Origin: Spirochaetaceae bacterium UBA5200
GTDB taxonomy: Bacteria; Spirochaetota; Spirochaetia; Treponematales; UBA12059
NCBI GenBank assembly: GCA_002412825.1
Contig: DHVU01000009.1
Location: 35,323-99,322, forward strand
Direction of reading: 5' to 3'
DNA length: 64,000 nucleotides
The notes beneath the pieces were generated by a model that did not search any database, was not told the DNA's origin, and worked only from the letters and a program-made list of their open reading frames with translations. Positions within the stretch are counted from its first letter, which is position 1, and the number at the start of each line of letters is the position of its first letter. The position numbers were made by a program, and so were the translations under genes. Of the stretch, positions 35,649-44,034 are shown one piece after another.

Positions 35649-36464
35649 TTACGGTGTAGGCGCCGCCATCTGCCTGCGATACGCATCAAGCACGAGCAAA
35701 AAATGCTGCTGAAGGCCGCTAAAGTACTCGCGCTCAAGCAGGGCGCCCGCCCTGCCTATGTAGCGGTAGTGCCAGGATTCCCAATCATAGCCGCTGATGG
35801 CTTCATAGCCGCGGGGGTAGGATAGAGAAAAGCCATAGAGCCAGGCGTTTTCATAGAGCCAACGCCCGGCCGCCGTATCGGCAAAGCTATTGTCTATAGA
35901 TCCGAAGTCTATCGCCGTGCCAAGCTGATGCTGCGAATGCCCGGGCCTGGCGGACACGCGGTCGGCCTCGGCCTGGCCGAGCTGACGCACCCACCTATCG
36001 TATACATCCCGTTGGTAGGCATAGGAGCGGTACGTCGATGAGTATACGAGCCGTAGTCCAAGCGACCGTGCGGAGGCGTCCATTTCCAGGAGCGCGGGCA
36101 TAATAGCCTTGCGGAGCCGCAAGTCGGCGCGGTTGCGGGCAAGCGGATAATCATTAAGCGATACGAGGTCGGCAGGCTCGTAGTTTTCAGCCAAGGCGTT
36201 GTTCTTGTCCACCAACATAAGAAAATCGCCCGCCGCCCGCGATTCGGCTTCCGCCTCCTCAAGGAGGGCATAGAAGCGCTCCTTGTCCGGCTCGTAGGCG
36301 CGGAGAAAGGCTGAGCGCGCATCCTCGGGCAGGAGGGTAAGCGAATAGTCAAGGGCACGGTAACGAGGATCTGGCGGCTCCGTGCCCCGGGCAAGGGCTT
36401 CCTCTGAAGCGGTGCAGGAACAACACAGCATAGCCGCGCAAACAAGGGCTAATGGGGCATTCAT
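35649..36464 (-). CDS. D-alanyl-D-alanine carboxypeptidase family (peptidase M15B, VanY-like) lipoprotein
   Basis: ATG 36464 gives MNAPLALVCAAMLCCSC (lipobox-like). Zn motifs SARPGHSQHQLGTAIDF and WESWHYRY. Confidence 0.8.
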   Translation of the reverse strand: MNAPLALVCAAMLCCSCTASEEALARGTEPPDPRYRALDYSLTLLPEDARSAFLRAYEPDKERFYALLEEAEAESRAAGDFLMLVDKNNALAENYEPADLVSLNDYPLARNRADLRLRKAIMPALLEMDASARSLGLRLVYSSTYRSYAYQRDVYDRWVRQLGQAEADRVSARPGHSQHQLGTAIDFGSIDNSFADTAAGRWLYENAWLYGFSLSYPRGYEAISGYDWESWHYRYIGRAGALLEREYFSGLQQHFLLVLDAYRRQMAAPTP

Positions 36465-36543
36465 CGGCCTACTGTAGCGCAGATGCCCTTCATCGTCCAC
36501 ACGCCGACGGCTTGCATTTTTAGCGCTCGCGGCTACACTGGGC

Positions 36544-37314
36544 ATGCTTATGGGCGGGGTATCCCAAGGGGGGGCGACAGTGGAACAACAGGCGTACGAG
36601 CGACTTTGCGCGCTGCGGGAAGACTTCCGAGCCAAGGTGGCGCTATGGCGCGACGGTTTACCCGGCCTACTCTCCGCTCAGGCGGAGCTTGCCGCGGAGC
36701 TGGGAGAAGATAATTATGCCGTGGAAACCTCGGTCGTATACAATAAAGCCCTTGACGATATAGGGCCGGACAGCGATATAGACTGGATAGTCGTCGCCGA
36801 CAACCCGGGCAAACGCGAACAGGCCGCGGCCATGAACCGCTACCTGGTAGGCCAATCGGGTAAAGTAATGGAAAACTTTTTCCGCAGGGAACTGGACGCC
36901 GAGCTCCGCGCCAAGGCGCTCATAATAAACAAGACGCCGGTGCATACGCCCAAGACCGCGCAGCTCAAGACCCTCGGCCAGCGGCATCCGGACTTAGCGC
37001 CGGTATTGGTGAGCAGTCAGATCTATATGGCAAGGCTCGCCATAGCGTTGAGCGAAGCTCTCGGATCAAGGCTCTGGATCATGGGACTCTCCGAGCTAAG
37101 GCCCGCCGGTATTTTCTCCGCATGGAAAGATACCTTCATAGAAGGCGCAAGGCGGGCAGGCCCAGGGCTCCAGGGCTCCGTGTACGCCTTTAATCACTTT
37201 TCCATGGGCAGCTTCTCAACGGAGCTAAAAAAGCGCCGCCTCGCTAACGAGGCTGTTCCCCTCGCGGTATTAAGGATAGGAAGAGAAAATTCTCTGCGTT
37301 TATTTGGCTTTTAG
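36544..37314 (+). CDS. Hypothetical protein, possibly uracil-DNA-glycosylase-superfamily fold
   Basis: IDWIVVADNPGKREQAAAMNRYLVGQSGK loosely follows UDG motif A (h-h-G-x-x-PG-x-x-E...G.PF.G.(A/S)G). C-terminal FNHFSMGS resembles motif B (HPS). Start is uncertain. Confidence 0.35.
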   Translation: MLMGGVSQGGATVEQQAYERLCALREDFRAKVALWRDGLPGLLSAQAELAAELGEDNYAVETSVVYNKALDDIGPDSDIDWIVVADNPGKREQAAAMNRYLVGQSGKVMENFFRRELDAELRAKALIINKTPVHTPKTAQLKTLGQRHPDLAPVLVSSQIYMARLAIALSEALGSRLWIMGLSELRPAGIFSAWKDTFIEGARRAGPGLQGSVYAFNHFSMGSFSTELKKRRLANEAVPLAVLRIGRENSLRLFGF

Positions 37315-37339
37315 CCATATTTAACCGGCTATAAGCGAA

Positions 37340-37368
37340 TTGCCAGGTTGCCACGCCTCTCCTAGCAT
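37340..37368 (+). promoter_or_regulatory. Candidate promoter/operator of the XRE gene
   Basis: Direct repeat TTGCCA-gg-TTGCCA. The first hexamer lies 17 bp upstream of TAGCAT. Confidence 0.3.
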
Positions 37369-37386
37369 CAAAGAGGTGAGGTGGCA

Positions 37387-37734
37387 ATGCCGGACGAATT
37401 AAGAATACTCTTGGCAAAGAACATAAAAACGCTCCGGGCATACCGCAGCATTACGCAGGATGAACTTGCCGAATATGCGGGCCTAACAAAAAATTACATC
37501 GCGGAAATCGAAACGCTGCGAAAGTATCCATCCTCCGTCAGATTTTTAGATATCGCCAGGGCCTTGGACGTTCCTCCATGGCTATTGCTCTACGAGGCGA
37601 ATAAAGTGCTTTCCTACCTCGCCGACGACGGCGAGGAGCTATCGGGCAGCGGAGAACTTGTACGGGAAATGACCGAGCTCCTAGAGCGCTACCGGAAGCA
37701 TGCTAAGAACAAGGATAAGCCAGACAAAGGCTAA
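37387..37734 (+). CDS. XRE-family helix-turn-helix transcriptional regulator
   Basis: LAKNIKTLRAYRSITQDELAEYAGLTKNYIAEIE is a typical HTH_3 motif. ATG 37387 follows GAGGTGAGG (the ORF track starts at GTG 37381). Confidence 0.8.
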   Translation: MPDELRILLAKNIKTLRAYRSITQDELAEYAGLTKNYIAEIETLRKYPSSVRFLDIARALDVPPWLLLYEANKVLSYLADDGEELSGSGELVREMTELLERYRKHAKNKDKPDKG

Positions 37735-37843
37735 TTTTGAGTATTTTTATCAGTTAAAAACCTATCGAGTCCTGGTCAAAACGCCCCTCTTCCGGTACAC
37801 TGATCCGGTACTGTCCGTAAACGATTTGACCGGAGCGCCCCGA

Positions 37844-40099
37844 ATGCAAGCCACCAGAACACGTATAGTCGCCGCCGTCGTTTTTAGCGCCCTGGCTTTC
37901 GCAGCCGTGCTCGCCGCCGGCGCGCAATTGTATAATCGCTCGAGCGCAAGCTTCACGCCCTCAATAACCCAGGCAACCGTACCCACGGTAGCGCCTGCCG
38001 CCGGGCCTCTTCCCATACCCTCGCTGGGGGGCGCCCTGCTCGGCGCTTCCGACGGCCTCTACCGGGTGGACGCGGCCGGGCGCATAAGCAAGCCGCTCTC
38101 GGGAACCGATGTACGGAAAATACTAAGCACCGAGCAGGGTTGGTACTTCTTGAGCGGGCGGGGCATACTGTTTAGCCGCGACCTGGTCAGCTTCGAAGAG
38201 CGCAACGCAGGCATACCGGTCAAAGTCATTAAGACCTACGATAACGGCCAGAAAGCCTTTGCCCGAGAAATACAGGAAATTAAGGACATAGAAGCCGACC
38301 CCTACAACCAGGCCACGCTGGTTATCTGCACCAAAGATGAAGTGTACCTCAGCCTGGACGGCGGCCTCAATTGGAAGAGTATTCCCTCGCCCGCCCCGCA
38401 GCCCGGCATAAAAGCGGTGGCGGTTACCAGTAAACCAGAGGGGCTCATCTTCGTATCGCATCCCATTAAAGGCCCCTTTGTACGGCCGCTGTCCGGCGGC
38501 TCCTGGCGGGAGATCGGCGGAGAGCTCGGCAAGAGCGACCCGGCTAATTCCAACCCCGACGAGATATCAGACATAGTCGTACAGGCAGGCCCCGAAGGCA
38601 CTATCGTATGGGCGGCTAATTCCTTCCTGCCGCGCAGCTACCGCTACGACTTTGCCTCGCGCCGATTCGTGCTCAGTTACCGGGGCGGTGAAGACTTCGC
38701 CAGCTACGAATCGCTGTTGCCCAGGCAGGACGGCCTCTATATTGTCAGCGAAGGCGCGGTGTTAAAGCAGGTGCACGCGGCTTCCGGCGCTTCAGGCCTC
38801 GCTGCCCCGCCGCAGCGGGCAGCGGCCCAGAGCAACGCGGTGCTGCTCGCCTCGCGCAGCATACCGAGCCAGCTTAACGCCATATGGATGAAAGAAGCCT
38901 CCGGACATACCATGGCGCTCTCCGAGCTGTGGCTCGTCGACATCAAGGACGAAAAGCCCTATCGGGCGCAGGCCGACGGCAGGCATGGTTTCTATCTGCA
39001 AACAGGCTTTATGGTTCACGAGGATTCCCGGGCAAAATACGACGCGGTCATGACCGATAGAAACCTGGATATGGTCGTCGTAGACGTAAAGGACGACTAC
39101 GGCCGCCTGCGCTTCGAGCCCCAGGATCCGCTGGTACGTTCCATCGGCCGCTGGGTAAGTCCTTTGGATATCGAGAGCTTCGTCAAGGAAATGAAGGCCA
39201 AGGGACGATACCTCGTCGCCCGCGTGGTGGTATTCAAGGACCAGAGGCTCTACGAAAGCGCGGGCGGCGCCTACGCCGTATGGGACAGGGTGGAGAATAA
39301 ACCCTGGCAGGGCTATGTAAACGAGAAGACTGAGTTGCCTGCCTCAGCCTCCCCCGGCGCCGCGAGCGGCATAGGCGCCACGGCCGCGGCCCCCGCCACA
39401 GTAACAACGCGAAAGTACTACGAAGAATACTGGGTTGATCCCTACAGCGAAAAGGTATGGGAATACAACATAGCCATAGCCAAGGAAATCATAGCCCGTG
39501 GCTTTGACGAGATACAATTCGATTACATACGCTTTCCTACCGACGGCGTCAACCTTGAGAACGCGCAGTATCGATGGAAGGACGCGGGCATGGATATGGA
39601 AAGCGCGCTCATGTCCTTCCTAAGCTATGCCCGCAAGCAAATCAAAGCGCCCATAAGCATAGACATATACGGCGCCAATGGCTGGTACCGTTCAGGCGTG
39701 CGCACCGGCCAGGACGTCGAGCTTTTATCGCGCTACGTCGACGTCATATGCCCCATGTTCTACCCCTCGCACTTTGAACAGGATTTTATGGCCTTCGAGC
39801 CGGCCATACAGCGCCCCTATCGTATCTACAAAATTGGAACCCTGCGCAACTCCTTTATATCCAAGAAGAAGACCGTTATACGGCCCTACCTGCAGGCCTT
39901 TTTCCTGAACGTGCGCTACGACAGGCTGTACTATAATCCCACCTACGTGAGCCTACAGGTCGACGGCATACGCGACGCCAGCAATGAGGGTCTTACCTTC
40001 TGGAACAATTCCGGCCGTTACGACGACATACCTATCCTGAAAACCACCGCCCAGCGGCGCTTGGCGGCAAGCGGATCGGAAAAGGCTGTTTTGGATTGA
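37844..40099 (+). CDS. Secreted/membrane-anchored protein: BNR (Asp-box) beta-propeller-like N-terminus plus putative glycoside-hydrolase TIM-barrel (DUF4015-like) C-terminus
   Basis: ATG 37844 gives the TM/signal MQATRTRIVAAVVFSALAFAAVLAA. Asp-box SLDGGLNW. C-terminus MVVVDVKDDYGRL...YWVDPYSEKVWEYNIAIAKEIIARGFDEIQFDYIRFP. Confidence 0.65.
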   Translation: MQATRTRIVAAVVFSALAFAAVLAAGAQLYNRSSASFTPSITQATVPTVAPAAGPLPIPSLGGALLGASDGLYRVDAAGRISKPLSGTDVRKILSTEQGWYFLSGRGILFSRDLVSFEERNAGIPVKVIKTYDNGQKAFAREIQEIKDIEADPYNQATLVICTKDEVYLSLDGGLNWKSIPSPAPQPGIKAVAVTSKPEGLIFVSHPIKGPFVRPLSGGSWREIGGELGKSDPANSNPDEISDIVVQAGPEGTIVWAANSFLPRSYRYDFASRRFVLSYRGGEDFASYESLLPRQDGLYIVSEGAVLKQVHAASGASGLAAPPQRAAAQSNAVLLASRSIPSQLNAIWMKEASGHTMALSELWLVDIKDEKPYRAQADGRHGFYLQTGFMVHEDSRAKYDAVMTDRNLDMVVVDVKDDYGRLRFEPQDPLVRSIGRWVSPLDIESFVKEMKAKGRYLVARVVVFKDQRLYESAGGAYAVWDRVENKPWQGYVNEKTELPASASPGAASGIGATAAAPATVTTRKYYEEYWVDPYSEKVWEYNIAIAKEIIARGFDEIQFDYIRFPTDGVNLENAQYRWKDAGMDMESALMSFLSYARKQIKAPISIDIYGANGWYRSGVRTGQDVELLSRYVDVICPMFYPSHFEQDFMAFEPAIQRPYRIYKIGTLRNSFISKKKTVIRPYLQAFFLNVRYDRLYYNPTYVSLQVDGIRDASNEGLTFWNNSGRYDDIPILKTTAQRRLAASGSEKAVLD

Positions 40100-40146
40100 G
40101 GAGTGGAGGCGGCTTCTAACTACTAGCTTCTGATTTTATCCTTTGG

Positions 40147-40591
40147 AATCTAGAATCTAGTAGCTAGAATGCTGCGCGGGTATCGGGGACCGAATCCCCG
40201 TCTTATTCTAGATTCTAGCTCCTAGATTCTAGCTTCTATCCACTGTTCTAGAATCTAGAATACAGAATCTAGAATGCTGCGCGGGTATCGGGGACCGAAA
40301 TCCCGTCTTATTCTAGCTTCTAGCTTCTAGCTTCCATCCACTGTTCTGGAATCTAGAATACAGAAGCTAGAATGCTGCGCGGGTATCGGCGGCCGAGTCC
40401 CGTCTTATTCTAGATTCTAGATTCTAGATTCTAGCTTCTATCCACTGTTCTAGAATCTAGAATACAGAATCTAGAATGCTGCGCGGTTATCGGCGGCCGA
40501 GTCCCGTCTTATTCTAGCTCCTAGATTCTAGCTCCTAGATTCTAGCTCCTAGATTCTAGATTCTAGATTCTAGATTCTAGATTCTAGATTC
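40147..40591. repeat. Hierarchical CTAG-rich palindromic tandem repeat array (4 higher-order units built on 7-bp TCTAGAA/TTCTAGA repeats)
   Basis: A GC-rich core GCTGCGCGG(G/T)TATCGG..CCGA..TCCCGTCTT starts at 40171, 40276, 40374 and 40478. Each core is flanked by inverted heptamer arrays. Stop codons occur in all frames. Confidence 0.9.
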
Positions 40592-40595
40592 TTTT

Positions 40596-40616
40596 CCCTC
40601 TTCCCTCTTCCCTCTT
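40596..40616. repeat. (CCCTCTT)x3 polypyrimidine microsatellite
   Basis: Three exact tandem heptamers directly abutting the CTAG array and 8 nt from the LUD gene stop. Confidence 0.9.
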
Positions 40617-40623
40617 CCGACAC

Positions 40624-41265
40624 TCAGTACCCCAGCGCCTGCCCCACTATTATCACCGTAAAGTCCGACATCGAAGGCCGCTTGCGGAGCACCTGATAGA
40701 TGCGGCAAATGCGCGTATCGCCATCGCAATCCATACATTCGCCGGTCTTTACGCAGGGATTGGGTTTGTCCAGGCGCTTATTGTTCATAGGCGCGGCATA
40801 GAGCTCCACATGGGCGAAGGCTTCATCCATGTCGCGGGCCAGCTTATTGACGCCGACGACGACCACGGTCTTGGCCGGGCCGAAGCTGAGGGCCGCCACC
40901 CGGTTGCCCGTACCGTCCACGTTCACGATCTGCCCGTCGAGGGTGAGGGCGTTGGCGCTGGATATGAACAGATCGCAACTGAGCTGCCTGCGCAGGATCG
41001 CGAGCTTTGCCTCGGGGCTCAGCCCAGGCGCGTTATGGTCGAGCAACTCGCAGCCCGCTTCGCGCGCCTTATCCTGTATACCAAGGGTCTTAATGGTCAT
41101 TGAGCCGCCGAAGCCTACGCTGGCGCCTTTTTTCAGGAAAGCCCCGAGCTTCTGAGCCGCTTCCTCGGCGCTTTCTACATAGAGGGCGTCAAAGCCGTTC
41201 TTCTTCAGAGCCGTAACCGCGGTAGCGGCTAAGGCGGCCGCATGCCAGCTTTCAATGGGGTTCAT
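40624..41265 (-). CDS. LUD-domain (lactate-utilisation/YkgG-like, DUF162) protein
   Basis: GFGGSMTIKTLG...FISSANALTLDGQIVNVDGTGNRVAAL...VVVGVNKL plus the C-terminal Cys cluster CVKTGECMDCDGDTRIC. Confidence 0.75.
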   Translation of the reverse strand: MNPIESWHAAALAATAVTALKKNGFDALYVESAEEAAQKLGAFLKKGASVGFGGSMTIKTLGIQDKAREAGCELLDHNAPGLSPEAKLAILRRQLSCDLFISSANALTLDGQIVNVDGTGNRVAALSFGPAKTVVVVGVNKLARDMDEAFAHVELYAAPMNNKRLDKPNPCVKTGECMDCDGDTRICRIYQVLRKRPSMSDFTVIIVGQALGY

Positions 41266-41342
41266 AGATGCCTCCTTGCATAGATATGCGCTTTTGTGCG
41301 GCCAGTATAAACGCTGGAGGATACTTTAGGAAGGGCAAACGT

Positions 41343-41425
41343 TGCCGGCAGTGGGACTTGAACCCACACGTCCTTGCGGACAGCAGATTTTGAGTCTGCC
41401 GTGTATGCCATTTCACCATGCCGGC
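41343..41425 (-). tRNA. tRNA-Leu (anticodon CAA), type II with long variable arm
   Basis: The minus strand reads GCCGGCATGGTGAAATGGCATACACGGCAGACTCAAAATCTGCTGTCCGCAAGGACGTGTGGGTTCAAGTCCCACTGCCGGCA. It has a 7-bp acceptor stem, anticodon loop CT-CAA-AA and T-arm GTGGG-TTCAAGT-CCCAC. CCA is not encoded. Confidence 0.92.
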
Positions 41426-41548
41426 TGGCGCTTCTTTGTACTATGCGGGCAAGCCAGGCGTCAAGGCAGGCTACTGACGGCCATATTCGGTCAATTTTTA
41501 TCTCATCGCCCTTGCTAGCCGCCTTATGCACAGGTACACTGAATTATT

Positions 41549-43972
41549 ATGTCTGAAGACCCTGCAACCAAGCACCCGAGCGTTTTTCGCAGCCTACGGG
41601 AACTCTTCATGGACGCTACCAAGCCAGGCAGTAAAGCCGGCGCATTAGCCGCCTCGGCACTGGATAAGGGGCGGGAGCGAGGGCTAAGGTCCTTATTGCT
41701 TGGCATTTTCATACTGGGGACGATAAGCCTTACTCCGGGCCTTGCAAAAGCGCTCAAAGGCAATGCTGAGCCTATTTTCCTGGTGCAAGCCGGCATGGTG
41801 GTCGCTTCGGCCGCCTTTTACGGCAGCAAGGGCATACGGAGCAGGGCTCTGTTCTACGCGTGCAGCCTGGCCGTGCTCGCCTTCTCCTGCGCGAGTTTCG
41901 CCCTCCAAGGGCCGCTCAGCGAAGGTATGATTTGGCTGATGGCGGCCCCTCTCGTAAGCTCACTGCTTTTAGGCGCCAGGCTCGGCTTTGCCACCCTGCT
42001 TACCGTATTCGGTTTCGGCCTGAGCCTCATGCTCATCCAGTCTCCGAGCCTAGCCGCCTGGCAAGCGCCTTTAAGCGCCCATCCTAGCGCCATATTCATC
42101 TCTGCCTTCACCATAGACGCCTTCCTGGTCGCAGCTCTGGCCCTCTTTACCCGCGAAGCGCAGCAAGCCGCAAAGCGCGCCAGCGAGCTGGAGCGCGAAC
42201 TGTCGCTCATGGAAGCCAGGCTGAAAGGCCAGGATACCGAGCTTGCCTTGCATCAGGCGGCCAAAGCCCTGGCCCAGGACGAGTCCGCAAAACAACGCGC
42301 TTTGTTTATGGCTCTCATAGAGCACAGCAGAGATCTCGTTATGCTGCTCGACGCCAATGGACGCATACAATTGGCAAGCCCGGCGGCCTTGCCGCTCCTT
42401 GGGCTTGAGCCCGAAGAATTGAAAGGGCGGGAGTTTTTTTCGTTTATCTGTAAGGAAGAACATGAAGACCAGCGGGCCATGTTCGCATCGAGCCTGGTAG
42501 CGGGTTTGCCCACCTTTTCTTCCGTATTCCGCCTGGTTAATACGGCAGGCGCGGAACTGCCGGTCGAGGCTTCCGGCTCGAACTATCTCTATAATCCCGA
42601 CATAAGCGGCGTGCTGCTCACCCTTCGCGATTTAACGAGCCAGAAAGAAGCGGAAGCCAAGGCGGAATTCTTCGAGCATTACGACCAGCTTACCTTGCTG
42701 CCTAACCGCGAGAGCTTTATGCACGAGGCTGAACGCGCGGTCACCATAGCCAGGAACCGCAATAGGGTGTTCGGCGTCATGGCTATAGGGCTGGACCGCT
42801 TCAAGCGCATTAACGACCTGTACGGCACCGAGGCGGGCGACCGGGTACTGAAGATAGCGGCTCAGGCCATACGCGGCGCCTTCCGCAACGATGATATAGT
42901 AGCGCGCTATCGCGGCGATAAGTTTTTCGCGCTGTTCCCCGACATACGCTCCCAGGAACATATAAAGGAAATAATAGCCAAGGCCGAAGCCGCCTTTGAC
43001 CAGGTCATACGGCTGGACCTTGGCGAGGAAATAAAGCTTTCCGCCTCTATAGGAGTAGCGCTCTATCCTAACGACGCGCGAAACGCGGAGGATCTGGCAC
43101 GGAACGCCGAAACGGCGCTCTACATGGCCAAGGAATCAGGGCGCGACCGTTACCGGCTCTTTGACGCCAAGCTCAACGGGGAGATACTCGAACGGCAGAA
43201 AATCGAAAGCGCGCTGAATAACGCCATTAGCGACAAGGCGCTGTTGCCCTATTTTCAGCCGAAAGTCGACAGAAACGGCTTCATAGTCGGGGCGGAAGCG
43301 CTCGTCCGCTGGAAGCACCCCAGCGGCGAAATTAAGTCGCCGGGTTATTTTATGGACGTGGCGGAAAAAAGCGGCAGCATAGATTCCATAGGGCAGCTCA
43401 TGCTGCGCATGACCTGCGATATGGCGGCTTCATGGGCCAATCAGGGCCTGCCTCAAGTGCCGGTTTCTATAAACCTCTCGCCGCGGCAGTTCGGGCGCGA
43501 CGACCTCATCGAGGGCATTAAGCATGTATTGAAGGCGAGCGGCTTAGATCCGAGGCTCCTGGAATTCGAGATAACCGAGAGCGGCATCATGGAGAACGAG
43601 CGCGAAGGCATACGCAAGCTGCTTGAGCTGAAGGAGCTCGGCGCATCCATTTCGATAGATGACTTCGGTACCGGCTATTCTTCCTTCTCAAAGCTCAAGG
43701 ATTATCCTATCGATACGGTAAAGATAGACAAGTCCTTTATTGATCCCTTGCCGGACGACAAGCGAGCCAGCATTATTGCCTCGGCCATCGTGGACCTCGC
43801 CCATACGCTGAGCTTCACCGTGGTGGCCGAAGGCGTCGAGAACGCGGCGCAGCTGGGCTTCCTGGAATCGATATTCTGCGACGCCTTCCAGGGCTATCTC
43901 TTTTCACGCCCGGTATCGGAAGATGACTTTAAGTCTTTATTAAGGGCTGGCAAAGCGCTCAGGGTATGTTAG
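41549..43972 (+). CDS. Membrane-bound PAS-GGDEF-EAL protein (degenerate GGDEF, intact EAL); likely c-di-GMP phosphodiesterase
   Basis: N-terminal multi-TM region, coiled coil and PAS. GGDEF site reads RYRGDKFF. EAL motifs EALVRW, NLSPRQF, EFEITES, DDFGTGYSS, KIDKSF, EGVE and QGY are present. Confidence 0.88.
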   Translation: MSEDPATKHPSVFRSLRELFMDATKPGSKAGALAASALDKGRERGLRSLLLGIFILGTISLTPGLAKALKGNAEPIFLVQAGMVVASAAFYGSKGIRSRALFYACSLAVLAFSCASFALQGPLSEGMIWLMAAPLVSSLLLGARLGFATLLTVFGFGLSLMLIQSPSLAAWQAPLSAHPSAIFISAFTIDAFLVAALALFTREAQQAAKRASELERELSLMEARLKGQDTELALHQAAKALAQDESAKQRALFMALIEHSRDLVMLLDANGRIQLASPAALPLLGLEPEELKGREFFSFICKEEHEDQRAMFASSLVAGLPTFSSVFRLVNTAGAELPVEASGSNYLYNPDISGVLLTLRDLTSQKEAEAKAEFFEHYDQLTLLPNRESFMHEAERAVTIARNRNRVFGVMAIGLDRFKRINDLYGTEAGDRVLKIAAQAIRGAFRNDDIVARYRGDKFFALFPDIRSQEHIKEIIAKAEAAFDQVIRLDLGEEIKLSASIGVALYPNDARNAEDLARNAETALYMAKESGRDRYRLFDAKLNGEILERQKIESALNNAISDKALLPYFQPKVDRNGFIVGAEALVRWKHPSGEIKSPGYFMDVAEKSGSIDSIGQLMLRMTCDMAASWANQGLPQVPVSINLSPRQFGRDDLIEGIKHVLKASGLDPRLLEFEITESGIMENEREGIRKLLELKELGASISIDDFGTGYSSFSKLKDYPIDTVKIDKSFIDPLPDDKRASIIASAIVDLAHTLSFTVVAEGVENAAQLGFLESIFCDAFQGYLFSRPVSEDDFKSLLRAGKALRVC

Positions 43973-44034
43973 TCTGATCGTGATGCCGCGCCATGAGGGC
44001 TACGGCATGCTAAACGCTATTGAGGGGGTAAGCC

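Noticed and set aside
35495-35737. N-terminal extensions of several ORF-track entries (xylA to 2102, CIA30 to 5336, EBP to 32272, SSS to 35737, VanY-like to 36635, glycosidase from 37700, pyrC from 19317)
   Set aside because: The extensions are R/S/P/C-rich or overlap neighbouring genes. Internal starts coincide with RBSs and with the expected family N-termini or signal peptides, so coordinates were trimmed accordingly.
40181-40200. The CGGGG-ACCGAAT-CCCCG hairpin looks like a tRNA T-arm, suggesting tRNA-derived att-site remnants
   Set aside because: The loop lacks the TTC of the T-loop. There is no adjoining acceptor-stem sequence and no integrase. The nearby tRNA-Leu has a different T-arm (GTGGG-TTCAAGT-CCCAC).
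40147-40591. Possible CRISPR array (regularly spaced repeats of a ~34-nt core)
   Set aside because: The sequences between cores are themselves repeats: the same heptamer arrays and the same TCCACTG linker in each unit. They are not unique spacers. No cas genes are present, and the cores are flanked by mutually complementary arms, unlike CRISPR repeats.
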